A stretch of 64,000 bases of DNA from an uncultured virus (IMG/VR IMGVR_UViG_3300027833_000041) (taxonomy: Duplodnaviria; Heunggongvirae; Uroviricota; Caudoviricetes). A program made the position numbers and the translations under genes. The stretch is taken from the IMG/VR virus record IMGVR_UViG_3300027833_000041. One strand, written 5' to 3'. Shown piece by piece: positions 25,518 to 35,417 of the stretch. The stretch's first letter is position 1; each line of letters opens with the position of its first letter. Under the pieces are notes generated by a model, which was given only the letters and a program-made list of their open reading frames with translations, ran no database searches and was not told the origin of the DNA.

Positions 25518-27727
25518 TGTACGAGCAAAGTTTAGTTAAAACTGTAGAGCCCATAAAACTTACAACGGTACATCGTTACAACAAAAGTAAGAAATGGAAA
25601 TACGGCTACAATAAAGAACACGACCTTATTGTATTAAGCAAGACAGGTCAGATAGGCGAGATTATTGAAATACAAAATCTTGTTATAGCTTTACCACCAG
25701 AGCCTAAGAACCTAAATAAAGGTTTAAACAAATGGGCCGTTCAGGAGTATCCTAAAGAGCTTAAAAACATTAAGAGCATATTCGATTGGCAAACATATCC
25801 AGATGAATTTAAGAACAAGTGGGAGAGTTATATTGATGAAGAATTCAACCGCCGTGATAACGGCTATTGGTTTTATAATAAAGGCAAGCGTACTTATATC
25901 ACTGGCACTCACTACATGTACTTGCAGTGGAGTAAGATCGATGTTGGTAATCCAGACTACCGAGAAGCCAATAGACTCTTTTTTATATTCTGGGAAGCCT
26001 GTAAGGTTGATACAAGATGTTACGGAATGTGCTACCTTAAAAACAGACGGAGTGGATTCTCATTTATGGCATCAGGTGAAACTGTCAACCAAGCAACTAT
26101 CTCAAGTGATGCCAGATTTGGTATCTTATCAAAGTCCGGTAGTGATGCAAAGAAAATGTTTACCGATAAAGTTGTACCAATTTCCCTCAACTACCCGTTT
26201 TTCTTCAAGCCTATACAAGATGGTATGGATCGGCCGAAGACTGAACTGGCATATAGGGTTCCTGCTTCTAAGTTAACACGTAAGTCAATACAATCGCAAG
26301 AAGAGAGAATACAACTCGAAGGCCTTGATACAACAATTGACTGGAAGAATACAGGGGACAACTCTTATGATGGTGAAAAGCTTAAGCTGCTTGTGCATGA
26401 TGAGAGCGGTAAGTGGGAAAAGCCTGATAACATACTAAACAACTGGCGCGTAACTAAAACGTGTTTGCGTCTTGGTTCTCGCATCATTGGTAAGTGTTTA
26501 ATGGGTAGCACATCGAACTCTTTAGACAAAGGTGGTAACAACTTCAAGAAGTTGTATTTAGATTCAGATGTAACCAAAAGAAACAATAATGGTCAAACAA
26601 AATCGGGATTGTACTCGCTCTTTATACCAATGGAGTGGAACTATGAAGGATTTATTGATGAGTACGGGCAGCCGGTATTTAATACACCTGAAGAAGAAGC
26701 TATAGACCCGCAGGGTGATAGCATCGAGGTTGGTGTTATAGATTACTGGGAAAATGAAGTTGACGGTCTTAAACAAGACCAGGATGCTTTGAACGAGTAC
26801 TACCGCCAGTTTCCGCGTACCACAGACCACGCTTTCCGCGATGAAAGTAAGAATAGTATTTTTAACTTAGCAAAAATCTACGAACAGGTTGATTATAACG
26901 CAGACTTGCGTAATACTAATACTGTAACACGTGGGAGTTTTCAGTGGGAAAACGGAGTTAAGGATACTAAAGTAGTGTTTATGCCAAACCCATCAGGTCG
27001 CTTTAATGTGTCTTGGGTACCTGGTTTAAACTTACAAAACAAGTATACAGTTAAAAACGGTATCAAATACCCAGGCAACGAACACGTTGGTGCTTTTGGG
27101 TGTGATAGCTACGATATTTCAGGAACGACTGACGGCAGGGGTTCCAAAGGTGCATTGCATGGATTAACTAAATTCACAATGGAGGATGCGCCACCTAGTA
27201 CATTCTTTTTAGAATACATAGCTAGGCCTCAAACAGCAGAGATATTTTTCGAAGACGTGCTTATGGCTTGTGTCTTTTACGGAATGCCAATACTTGCCGA
27301 GAATAACAAACCAAGGTTATTGTACCACTTTAAAAGAAGAGGTTACCGAGGTTATTCGATGAACCGACCTGACAGATTATGGAACAAGCTTTCCATAACT
27401 GAGAAAGAAATAGGTGGAATACCTAACTCTAGTATGGACATGAAGCAAGCACACGCTGCTGCTATTGAAATGTACATCGAAAACCACGTAGGTGTAATAA
27501 CCGAAGGTGAATACGGTACAATGTATTTTAACGATACGCTAAACGATTGGTCTAAGTTCGATATGAACAACAGAACGAAGTACGATGCTTCTATCAGCTC
27601 AGGGCTGGCTATTATGGCTTGCCACAAAGATCTGTACAAGCCGATCGGTGAACAACAGAAAACAAAATTAAACCTAAAGATTGCAAGGTTCAGTCAAGAC
27701 GGTTATACTTCAAAAATAATAAAATAA
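25517..27727 (+). CDS. Terminase large subunit
   Basis: Walker A KNRRSGFS, Walker B LLVHDESGK, nuclease GCDSYD; precedes portal. Confidence 0.9.
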   Translation: MYEQSLVKTVEPIKLTTVHRYNKSKKWKYGYNKEHDLIVLSKTGQIGEIIEIQNLVIALPPEPKNLNKGLNKWAVQEYPKELKNIKSIFDWQTYPDEFKNKWESYIDEEFNRRDNGYWFYNKGKRTYITGTHYMYLQWSKIDVGNPDYREANRLFFIFWEACKVDTRCYGMCYLKNRRSGFSFMASGETVNQATISSDARFGILSKSGSDAKKMFTDKVVPISLNYPFFFKPIQDGMDRPKTELAYRVPASKLTRKSIQSQEERIQLEGLDTTIDWKNTGDNSYDGEKLKLLVHDESGKWEKPDNILNNWRVTKTCLRLGSRIIGKCLMGSTSNSLDKGGNNFKKLYLDSDVTKRNNNGQTKSGLYSLFIPMEWNYEGFIDEYGQPVFNTPEEEAIDPQGDSIEVGVIDYWENEVDGLKQDQDALNEYYRQFPRTTDHAFRDESKNSIFNLAKIYEQVDYNADLRNTNTVTRGSFQWENGVKDTKVVFMPNPSGRFNVSWVPGLNLQNKYTVKNGIKYPGNEHVGAFGCDSYDISGTTDGRGSKGALHGLTKFTMEDAPPSTFFLEYIARPQTAEIFFEDVLMACVFYGMPILAENNKPRLLYHFKRRGYRGYSMNRPDRLWNKLSITEKEIGGIPNSSMDMKQAHAAAIEMYIENHVGVITEGEYGTMYFNDTLNDWSKFDMNNRTKYDASISSGLAIMACHKDLYKPIGEQQKTKLNLKIARFSQDGYTSKIIK

Positions 27728-27731
27728 CAAT

Positions 27732-30155
27732 ATGGCTAACGCAGTTGTAAGTAACTTTTTCCCCAGCCAAGTAGCTAGCGACCAAGAGAAGATGTCGCCG
27801 GAGTACGGCTTACAAGTCGGGCGAGCCATTCAAAACGAATGGTTTGATGGCAACCAGGGAAGTGTAAGATTTAGAAGTAATCAAGACAGCTTCCATAGTT
27901 TGCGTTTATATGCACGTGGTGAGCAACCCATACAAAAATATAAAGATGAATTATCTATTAACGGTGATTTATCTTACCTCAATCTCGACTGGAAGCCAGT
28001 ACCTATCTTATCTAAATTTGTAGATATAGTTGTTAACGGTATTGCAGACCGGTCTTTTGATATTAAAGCATTCTCACAGGACCCATACGGCGTTGAAAAG
28101 CGCACAGCATATATGGATTCTATTATTAGAGACATGCAAACCAAGGAGCTTAATGATTACGCGGCTGAAGCATTTGGTATTAACTTATACGAAAACGATC
28201 CAGCGGCATTACCTGAATCTAAAGAAGAGCTTGAGTTACATATGCAGCTTAGCTACAAGCAAGGTATTGAAATTGCTGAAGAGGTTGCTATAAACACATT
28301 ATTAGATGGTAACAACTACGATCTTATTAAAAGACGCGTGTACCATGACTTAACGACTATTGGTATCGGTGCTGTTAAAAATACATTTTCTGAATCAGAA
28401 GGTGTAGTAGTTGATTATGTTGACCCAGCAAACTTAGTATACTCATATACTGAATCTCCTTACTTCGATGACATCTATTATGTTGGTGAAGTAAAAACTA
28501 TTCCAATTAGTGAGCTTAAAAAGCAATACCCTGGATTAACACAGGAAGAGCTAGAAAAAATTAAGGGCCAAGGTTCTCAAAATTTAACTGGCGGATGGAA
28601 CAGAAGCGAAGTTACTGACAACCGTTACGATTCAAATACAGTTCAAGTATTGTACTTTAATTACAAGACGTACATGAACGAAGTCTATAAGATTAAAGAA
28701 ACAGCTTCAGGTGCAGAGAAAGTAATACTACGTGACGACCAGTTTAACCCACCTGCAGATGCTGAGGGATTTGCTAAGGCCTCGCGTTCGCTAGAGGTAC
28801 TTTACGAAGGTGCTATTATATTAGGCACTAGTACGCTACTTGAATGGGGCATTGCTGAGAATATGGTACGCCCTAAGAGTGATTACAATAAAGTAAAAAT
28901 GAATTACAGTATTGTAGCGCCTAGAATGTATAAAGGACGTATTGAATCTATTGTAAGCCGTTGTACCGGTTTTGCTGATATGGTTCAGCTCACACACCTA
29001 AAGATGCAGCAAGTATTAGCTAAGATGATGCCGGACGGTGTTTATATGGATGCTGATGGTCTTGCTGAAATAGATTTAGGTAATGGTACAAACTACAACC
29101 CGCAAGAAGCGCTTAACATGTTCTTCCAAACGGGTTCTGTTATCGGTAGGTCATTTACACAAGAGGGCGATATGAACCCAGGTAAAGTGCCTATACAACC
29201 ATTACAGACTGGCGCAGGTGGCCAAAAGCTACAAACGTTAATTCAGACGTATAACTATTACTTGCAGATGATTCGTGACGTTACAGGTCTTAATGAAGCT
29301 CGTGATGGTTCAACACCTGATTCAAGAGCGTTAGTAGGTGTGCAGAAACTTGCAGCTGCAAATTCTAATACAGCTACACGCCACATATTAGATGCAGGGT
29401 TGTTCTTAACAGCCGACACAGCAGAAGGGTTATCACTTAGGATATCTGATATATTAGAGTACAGCCCGTCACGTGAAGCGTTTATACAAAAGATTGGCGG
29501 TTTTAATGTAGCGACATTAAACGAGTTAAAAGAGCTGCACTTGTATGACTTTGGCATTGTGCTTGAGTTGTCGCCAGACGACGAACAAAAAGGCATGCTT
29601 GAGAACAACATTCAAACTGCATTATCAGCGGGATTGATTGACCTTGAAGATGCTATTGATATCCGTGAGGTTAAAAACCTTAAGCTAGCCAACCAACTGT
29701 TGAAGCTGCGCCGCAAGAAGAAACTTGAGCGTGACCAGCAAATGCAGCAAGAAAACATACAAGCACAGGCGCAAGCAAACGCACAAGCACAACAAGTTGC
29801 GGCACAAGCTGAAGTGCAAAAAGACCAAGCATTGTTCCAAACAAAAGCACAGCTTGAACAAATGAAAGCACAGATTGACCAGCAAAAAATGCAATCTGAA
29901 GTTCAATTAAAGAAAGAGCTTATGGCTTTGGAATTCCAGTACAACATGCAGCTTAAGGGCATTGAGGTTGACGGGCAGAAGCGAAAAGAGTCTGACAAAG
30001 AAGATCGCAAAGACGAAAGAACTAAAATGCAAGCGACTCAACAAAGTGAGTTGATTGATCAAAGAAAAAATGATTCACCACCTAAGAACTTCGAATCCTC
30101 TGGAAACGATATACTTGGCGGTGGGTTTGGCTTAGGTACCTTTGAACCTAGGTAA
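27732..30155 (+). CDS. Portal protein
   Basis: 807 aa after terminase; Q-rich C-terminal coiled coil as in podoviral portals. Confidence 0.85.
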   Translation: MANAVVSNFFPSQVASDQEKMSPEYGLQVGRAIQNEWFDGNQGSVRFRSNQDSFHSLRLYARGEQPIQKYKDELSINGDLSYLNLDWKPVPILSKFVDIVVNGIADRSFDIKAFSQDPYGVEKRTAYMDSIIRDMQTKELNDYAAEAFGINLYENDPAALPESKEELELHMQLSYKQGIEIAEEVAINTLLDGNNYDLIKRRVYHDLTTIGIGAVKNTFSESEGVVVDYVDPANLVYSYTESPYFDDIYYVGEVKTIPISELKKQYPGLTQEELEKIKGQGSQNLTGGWNRSEVTDNRYDSNTVQVLYFNYKTYMNEVYKIKETASGAEKVILRDDQFNPPADAEGFAKASRSLEVLYEGAIILGTSTLLEWGIAENMVRPKSDYNKVKMNYSIVAPRMYKGRIESIVSRCTGFADMVQLTHLKMQQVLAKMMPDGVYMDADGLAEIDLGNGTNYNPQEALNMFFQTGSVIGRSFTQEGDMNPGKVPIQPLQTGAGGQKLQTLIQTYNYYLQMIRDVTGLNEARDGSTPDSRALVGVQKLAAANSNTATRHILDAGLFLTADTAEGLSLRISDILEYSPSREAFIQKIGGFNVATLNELKELHLYDFGIVLELSPDDEQKGMLENNIQTALSAGLIDLEDAIDIREVKNLKLANQLLKLRRKKKLERDQQMQQENIQAQAQANAQAQQVAAQAEVQKDQALFQTKAQLEQMKAQIDQQKMQSEVQLKKELMALEFQYNMQLKGIEVDGQKRKESDKEDRKDERTKMQATQQSELIDQRKNDSPPKNFESSGNDILGGGFGLGTFEPR

Positions 30156-30187
30156 TTATAGTAATAACAATTTTATAATATCTTATC

Positions 30188-31363
30188 ATGAGTGAAGAAA
30201 CTAACCAGATAGCATCTGTCGACGATGACGGTACTATCAAACTAGACTTACGACAAAATGCCGTTCAAGAGCAAAGCACAGATGAGGTTCCTGTACGCGA
30301 CGAATCCGAAGTTAGCGAAGGAGTACCAGAGCAAAACGTCGAAGGGCCAGCTGCAGAGCCTGCCAGAGAAGAAGAAGAGGTCCCCGTTCAAGATGAACAA
30401 CCTGTTCAAGAAGAGCAAGTAGAGCAAGAGTCTGTATTACAAGAGATTACAGACGAAGAGGTTGAAGAAGTAACAGATGAGTTACAAGAAGAGGTTGCGG
30501 AAGCAATTGCTGAAGCGGCTGTGACAGGTGTAGAATTACCGGAAAACATTCAAAAAGTTGTAGACTTTATGAGTGAAACAGGTGGTTCGTTAGAAGACTA
30601 CGTAAAGCTTAACACTGATTACGCATCGTTAAACGAAGACCAATTGCTTCGTGAATATTATGAAACGAAGTACAGTGCGTACGACAGAGAAGACATCGAC
30701 TTTTTATTAGCTGATAAGTTTTCTTACGACGAAGAGCTTGACGACGAACGTGAGGTGCGTTTAAAAAAGCTAGAACGCAAGCAAGCATTGTCAGAAGCTA
30801 AAAATCATTTAGACGGCTTAAAGTCTAAATACTACGACGAAGTTAAGATGGGTTCACGATTGAATCCTGATCAACAAAAAGCGGTTGAGTTTTTTAACCG
30901 TTATAATAAAGAGAGTGAAGAAGCGGCAAAAGTTGCTGAACGACAAACCAGTAGGTTTAAACAAGAAAGCGCGAAAGTGTTCAACGAAAAGTTCGAAGGT
31001 TTCGATTATTCAGTTGGGGACAAGAAGTACCGCTTTAAGGTTAATAATACAGGCGAGGTTAAAGAGACTCAAGGTGACATTAACAACTTTATCAAGAAGT
31101 TCTTGAACGAAAAGGGAGAAATGAAAGACGCCAAGGGTTATCATAAATCGCTGTTCACAGCTATGAATGCTGATCAAGTTGCACAGCACTTTTACGAGCA
31201 AGGCAAAGCCGATGCAGTAAAGGATAGTATGTCCCGCACCAAGAACGTGAATATGAATCCGAGAGGGGTTCATGAGGAAGTCACGGCATCTAACGGTTGG
31301 AAAATACGTGCAGTTGACAGTGGGCAAAGCTCTTCTAAGCTCAAAGTGAAATTCAAAAAATAA
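30188..31363 (+). CDS. Capsid scaffolding protein
   Basis: Very acidic N-terminus; between portal and capsid genes. Confidence 0.7.
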   Translation: MSEETNQIASVDDDGTIKLDLRQNAVQEQSTDEVPVRDESEVSEGVPEQNVEGPAAEPAREEEEVPVQDEQPVQEEQVEQESVLQEITDEEVEEVTDELQEEVAEAIAEAAVTGVELPENIQKVVDFMSETGGSLEDYVKLNTDYASLNEDQLLREYYETKYSAYDREDIDFLLADKFSYDEELDDEREVRLKKLERKQALSEAKNHLDGLKSKYYDEVKMGSRLNPDQQKAVEFFNRYNKESEEAAKVAERQTSRFKQESAKVFNEKFEGFDYSVGDKKYRFKVNNTGEVKETQGDINNFIKKFLNEKGEMKDAKGYHKSLFTAMNADQVAQHFYEQGKADAVKDSMSRTKNVNMNPRGVHEEVTASNGWKIRAVDSGQSSSKLKVKFKK

Positions 31364-31385
31364 TAATCCATAAAAAAATAAAATT

Positions 31386-32831
31386 ATGGCTTTTGCAACT
31401 ACGCCAACTAGTTTGGCTAACTTGTCTCACCTTACTCCTCGCCCTGTAAAAGGGTTGTTTGGTGACAACTACTTGTCTGTGGCTGACATGGACTTTACAC
31501 AACAATTCCTTCCTGAAGTTTACGAAAAGGAAGTAGAGCGCTACGGAAAGCGTACTGTAGGTGGATTCCTACGTATGGTCGGTGCTGAAATGCCAATGGC
31601 TTCTGACCGTGTTGTATGGTCTGAGCAAGGTCGCTTGCACGTTGCTTACGACGGGCTAGGTACCAACAACGCTGCTGGTGCGACACTTTCGCAAATTACT
31701 GGATTGCCTACTGGTCACTTATTGGGCGTGGGTATGACTTTAGTTGTATCTAATGGTACAGTTACTGCTAAGGCTCGCGTTAAAGCTATCGCTGCAACTG
31801 CTGTTACTATTGCTGTATACGGTGAAGTTGACGGTCTTCTTCCAGCTGCTCTTAACAACAAATCTGATGCTTCTATCAAGTGTTTTGTTTACGGTTCTGA
31901 GTATGGAAAAGGATCAGGCGATGTAGGTAACTCATTCGATGCTTCTTTCACAACTTTCGAGAACAAGCCTATCATCTTGCGTGATAAGTACAGTGTTAAC
32001 GGTTCTGACGTTGCTCAGATCGGTTGGGTTGAAGTTACGACTGAAGCTGGAACTGGTGGTTACTTATGGTACTTGAAGTCTGAGCACGAAGCTCGTCTAC
32101 GTTTTGAAGACTACCTAGAAATGTCTATGGTTGAAGCTGAAAAATTAGGCGCTCCTGTAGATGGTAACGATACTCGTAACACTGCATTCGGATCTGCAAC
32201 ACAAGCTGGCGTTCCTGCTACAACAGGTTCTGAAGGTATGTTTGAAGCTATCGGAACTCGCGGTTTGGTTTACAACGGTGTTGATTTTGGTGGATCTGGC
32301 GGTTTAGGTCAATTCGACGAGATCTTAGCTGAGCTTGATAAGCAAGGTGCTATTGAAGAGAACATGATGTTCTTGGATCGCGCAACTTCTTTGGGCATCG
32401 ACAACATGCTTGCTGCTCAAAATTCTTACGGAGCCGGTGGTACTTCTTACGGAGTATTTGATAACTCTGAAGATATGGCGTTGAACTTAGGTTTCTCTGG
32501 ATTCCGTCGCGGTTCTTACGACTTCTACAAGACTGACTGGAAATACTTAAACGATTCAACTACTCGCGGATCTATCGGCGATATTGAAGGTGTTATGGTT
32601 CCTGCTGGTACTTCTACTGTATACGATGAGCAATTAGGATCGAACATTTCTCGTCCGTTCTTGCACATCCGTTACCGTGCTAACGAAGCAGAAGATCGTC
32701 GCATGAAGTCTTGGATCACTGGTTCAGTTGGTGGTAACTTCACTAGCGCTAATGATGAGATGAACGTACACTTCTTGTCTGAGCGTACACTTTGTGTACA
32801 GGCTGCTAACAACTTCGTATTGTTGAAGTAA
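31386..32831 (+). CDS. Major capsid protein
   Basis: Synteny, highly expressed codon bias, followed by a strong terminator. Confidence 0.85.
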   Translation: MAFATTPTSLANLSHLTPRPVKGLFGDNYLSVADMDFTQQFLPEVYEKEVERYGKRTVGGFLRMVGAEMPMASDRVVWSEQGRLHVAYDGLGTNNAAGATLSQITGLPTGHLLGVGMTLVVSNGTVTAKARVKAIAATAVTIAVYGEVDGLLPAALNNKSDASIKCFVYGSEYGKGSGDVGNSFDASFTTFENKPIILRDKYSVNGSDVAQIGWVEVTTEAGTGGYLWYLKSEHEARLRFEDYLEMSMVEAEKLGAPVDGNDTRNTAFGSATQAGVPATTGSEGMFEAIGTRGLVYNGVDFGGSGGLGQFDEILAELDKQGAIEENMMFLDRATSLGIDNMLAAQNSYGAGGTSYGVFDNSEDMALNLGFSGFRRGSYDFYKTDWKYLNDSTTRGSIGDIEGVMVPAGTSTVYDEQLGSNISRPFLHIRYRANEAEDRRMKSWITGSVGGNFTSANDEMNVHFLSERTLCVQAANNFVLLK

Positions 32832-32842
32832 GCTTATAATAT

Positions 32843-32866
32843 TGTCCTCGGCTTCGGCCGGGGGCA
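32843..32866 (+). terminator. Rho-independent terminator with cUUCGg loop
   Basis: TGTCCTCGGC TTCG GCCGGGGGCA followed by a T-rich tract. Confidence 0.8.
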
Positions 32867-32898
32867 TTATTCTTTTATCTATTTAATTATATCATATT

Positions 32899-33753
32899 AT
32901 GGCAACAGCTAAAAAACCCGCAGCTAAGAAGGCTCCGGTTAAAAAAGAAACTACAGTAGAGACACCAGAAGTGTCGTTTGAAACGGCAACAGAAATGCCT
33001 CCACTGCCAAAAAAATCTAAGTGGGAATACAAAGATCGTTTGTACGAACTAACTGAGCGTAAAAAACCTTTAATATTTACACTACCCGCTTTACATTCCG
33101 CTAAAAAACCCTTACTTTGGTTTGACGAAGAAAAAGGTTACCAGCGCGAAATCAGGTATGCTACCAATCAGCGTTCTTGTTTTGTTGATGAACAAGAAGG
33201 GCCAGCGACACTGGGCCGCATCGTCTTTAGAGAAGGAATGTTAAATGTACCTAAAGAAAATGTTGTTCTGCAACAATTGTTATCATTGTACCACCCGTTT
33301 ACAAGCAAAGGCGTTATTAAAGAATACAAGCCTGATACAATTGCGGAAAGCCAAGTAGGCTGGATCGAGTTAGAGCTCGACGCTATGAATGCTGCTAAAT
33401 CAATGGATATTGATGAAGCTGAAGCAATTTTGCGTGTAGAATTCGGTTCTAAGGTATCTGAGATGAGTTCTAAGGAGCTTAAACGCGATTTACTTGTGTT
33501 TGCACGTAATAACCCTCATTTGTTCATAGAACTAGCCAATGATGAAAACGTACACCTACGTAACATCGGTATTAAGGCGGTTGAACAAGGATTGATTGCA
33601 TTATCACAGGACCAAAGAACATTCAGTTACGCTAACACAGGGCGGAAACTAATGACGGTGCCATTTGACGAGCACCCATACTCAGCACTTGCGGCTTACT
33701 TCAAAACAGATGAAGGAATGGAAGTACTGAACACTATAGAAAAACGATTATAA
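32899..33753 (+). CDS. Conserved hypothetical, probably virion-related protein
   Basis: 284-aa ORF after capsid gene. Confidence 0.75.
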   Translation: MATAKKPAAKKAPVKKETTVETPEVSFETATEMPPLPKKSKWEYKDRLYELTERKKPLIFTLPALHSAKKPLLWFDEEKGYQREIRYATNQRSCFVDEQEGPATLGRIVFREGMLNVPKENVVLQQLLSLYHPFTSKGVIKEYKPDTIAESQVGWIELELDAMNAAKSMDIDEAEAILRVEFGSKVSEMSSKELKRDLLVFARNNPHLFIELANDENVHLRNIGIKAVEQGLIALSQDQRTFSYANTGRKLMTVPFDEHPYSALAAYFKTDEGMEVLNTIEKRL

Positions 33754-33760
33754 AACAACA

Positions 33761-33786
33761 GTGGGGGTTACTAAGGTAGCCTCCAC
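33761..33786 (+). terminator. Intergenic hairpin / terminator
   Basis: GTGGGGGTTAC TAAG GTAGCCTCCAC TTT. Confidence 0.65.
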
Positions 33787-33803
33787 TTTAATCAAATAAT
33801 AAT

Positions 33804-34493
33804 ATGAGCGTAAGCGTAGACACTGTTTATCAACGGGTATTAAGTATACTCAATAAAGAGCAACGAGGGTATGTTACGCCTCAGGAATTCAACCTGTTTG
33901 CCAATCAAGCGCAAATGGATCTATTCGAGCAATACTTCTATGACATTAACCAGTTTGGCAGAATGCATGGAAACGACACGGAGTTCTCCGACATGCTCAA
34001 CATTCTTAATGAAAAAATAAACCTATTCGAAGTTACGGCTGCTATGACGCACGCCGGTAACGGCTTATGGACTGTTCCTAATAATTTGTACAGAATAGGT
34101 ACTATTATTTATAACAATATAGAGGTAGAGCGCATTAATAAAAACGAATTTTTATACATTAACGCAGCTCCTTTAACAAAGCCTACTGACGCTAGGCCTG
34201 TATTTGTAGCAGACTCTACTGGTTATAAAGTGCACGGCACAGCACCATTAACTTCAGGTGTTACGTGTAACTATATTAAAAGACCTGCAACCGCAGAATG
34301 GGCATACACGGTAGTTAACGGTGTTGCGCAATACAACGTATCTAATGCTACTAACTTTGAGCTGCACGCTTCGGAAGAAACTGAACTGGTAATGAAAATA
34401 CTAGAACTAGCGGGTATATCAACGCGCGAATTACAAGTGTATCAGATAGCAGCACAAGAAGAGGCCAAAAACACTCAACAAGAAAAATCTTAA
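33804..34493 (+). CDS. Tail adaptor / ring protein
   Basis: Synteny; LNKEQRGYVTPQEFN and YIKRP patterns recalled from crAss-like ring proteins. Confidence 0.65.
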   Translation: MSVSVDTVYQRVLSILNKEQRGYVTPQEFNLFANQAQMDLFEQYFYDINQFGRMHGNDTEFSDMLNILNEKINLFEVTAAMTHAGNGLWTVPNNLYRIGTIIYNNIEVERINKNEFLYINAAPLTKPTDARPVFVADSTGYKVHGTAPLTSGVTCNYIKRPATAEWAYTVVNGVAQYNVSNATNFELHASEETELVMKILELAGISTRELQVYQIAAQEEAKNTQQEKS

Positions 34494-34496
34494 TAA

Positions 34497-35414
34497 ATGG
34501 GGCTAATAAATCAAACTAGCGAACTTTACTACGAAGGAGCAGACGGTAACTGGAACAGCGGTGATGAAGATTACGGTAATTACCAGTTTGTTAGCCTTAA
34601 AGACATGGTGAATAATTTTATGATAGCCTATGTTGGCGAAGATAAAATTATAAGCAAAATAAAGCGTACAGATGTTGCGTTTCACGCACAGCGTGCTATT
34701 CAAGAATTTAGCTTTGATACTTTACCGTCACAAAAAGCTTTAGAGGTAGAAATACCACCAGCGCTGTACATGATACTACCACAAGACTACGTAAACTATG
34801 TTAAGGTATCTTGGGCGGATTCAAACGGTATAGAAAGAATTATATACCCTACGCGCAACACTAGCAATCCTAATGCCGTTAACCAAGACAGCAACTACGA
34901 ATACCAGTTTGATAGCAACGGCAAAATGGTTTTAGCTAATGAATCTGTAACGTTAGCCAATTTCAACTCGGCTTACTACTCTTCCAGTACATCGTCTAAT
35001 AATCAAAACACTCTTACAGAAAGCGAGTTGTTTAATCTTTACAGATACGGCAGACGCTACGGGCTATCGCCAGAAGAAGCGCAGGGTAATGGCGTTTTCT
35101 ACATTGACCAGTTAAAAGGTATTATGCACTTTAGCTCTAACTTAGTTAACCAAATTGTAACACTAAAATACATTAGTGATGGGTTAGGCACTGATGAAGA
35201 GATGCGTGTACATAAGTTTGCTGAGGAAGCTGTATATAAGTATATTGCTCACGCTGCACTAGGTGCTAGAGCAAATACTCCGGAGTACCAGATTGCTAGA
35301 TTTAAGAAAGAAATGGTTGCTGCTAAGCGCAATGCTAAGCTACGCATGTCCAATCTTAAAATATCGGAGCTAGCGCAAGTAATGAGAAATCAATCCAAGT
35401 GGATTAAACACTAA
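34497..35414 (+). CDS. Tail ring/tube structural protein
   Basis: LPQDYVNYVKV; synteny. Confidence 0.6.
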   Translation: MGLINQTSELYYEGADGNWNSGDEDYGNYQFVSLKDMVNNFMIAYVGEDKIISKIKRTDVAFHAQRAIQEFSFDTLPSQKALEVEIPPALYMILPQDYVNYVKVSWADSNGIERIIYPTRNTSNPNAVNQDSNYEYQFDSNGKMVLANESVTLANFNSAYYSSSTSSNNQNTLTESELFNLYRYGRRYGLSPEEAQGNGVFYIDQLKGIMHFSSNLVNQIVTLKYISDGLGTDEEMRVHKFAEEAVYKYIAHAALGARANTPEYQIARFKKEMVAAKRNAKLRMSNLKISELAQVMRNQSKWIKH

Positions 35415-35417
35415 TAT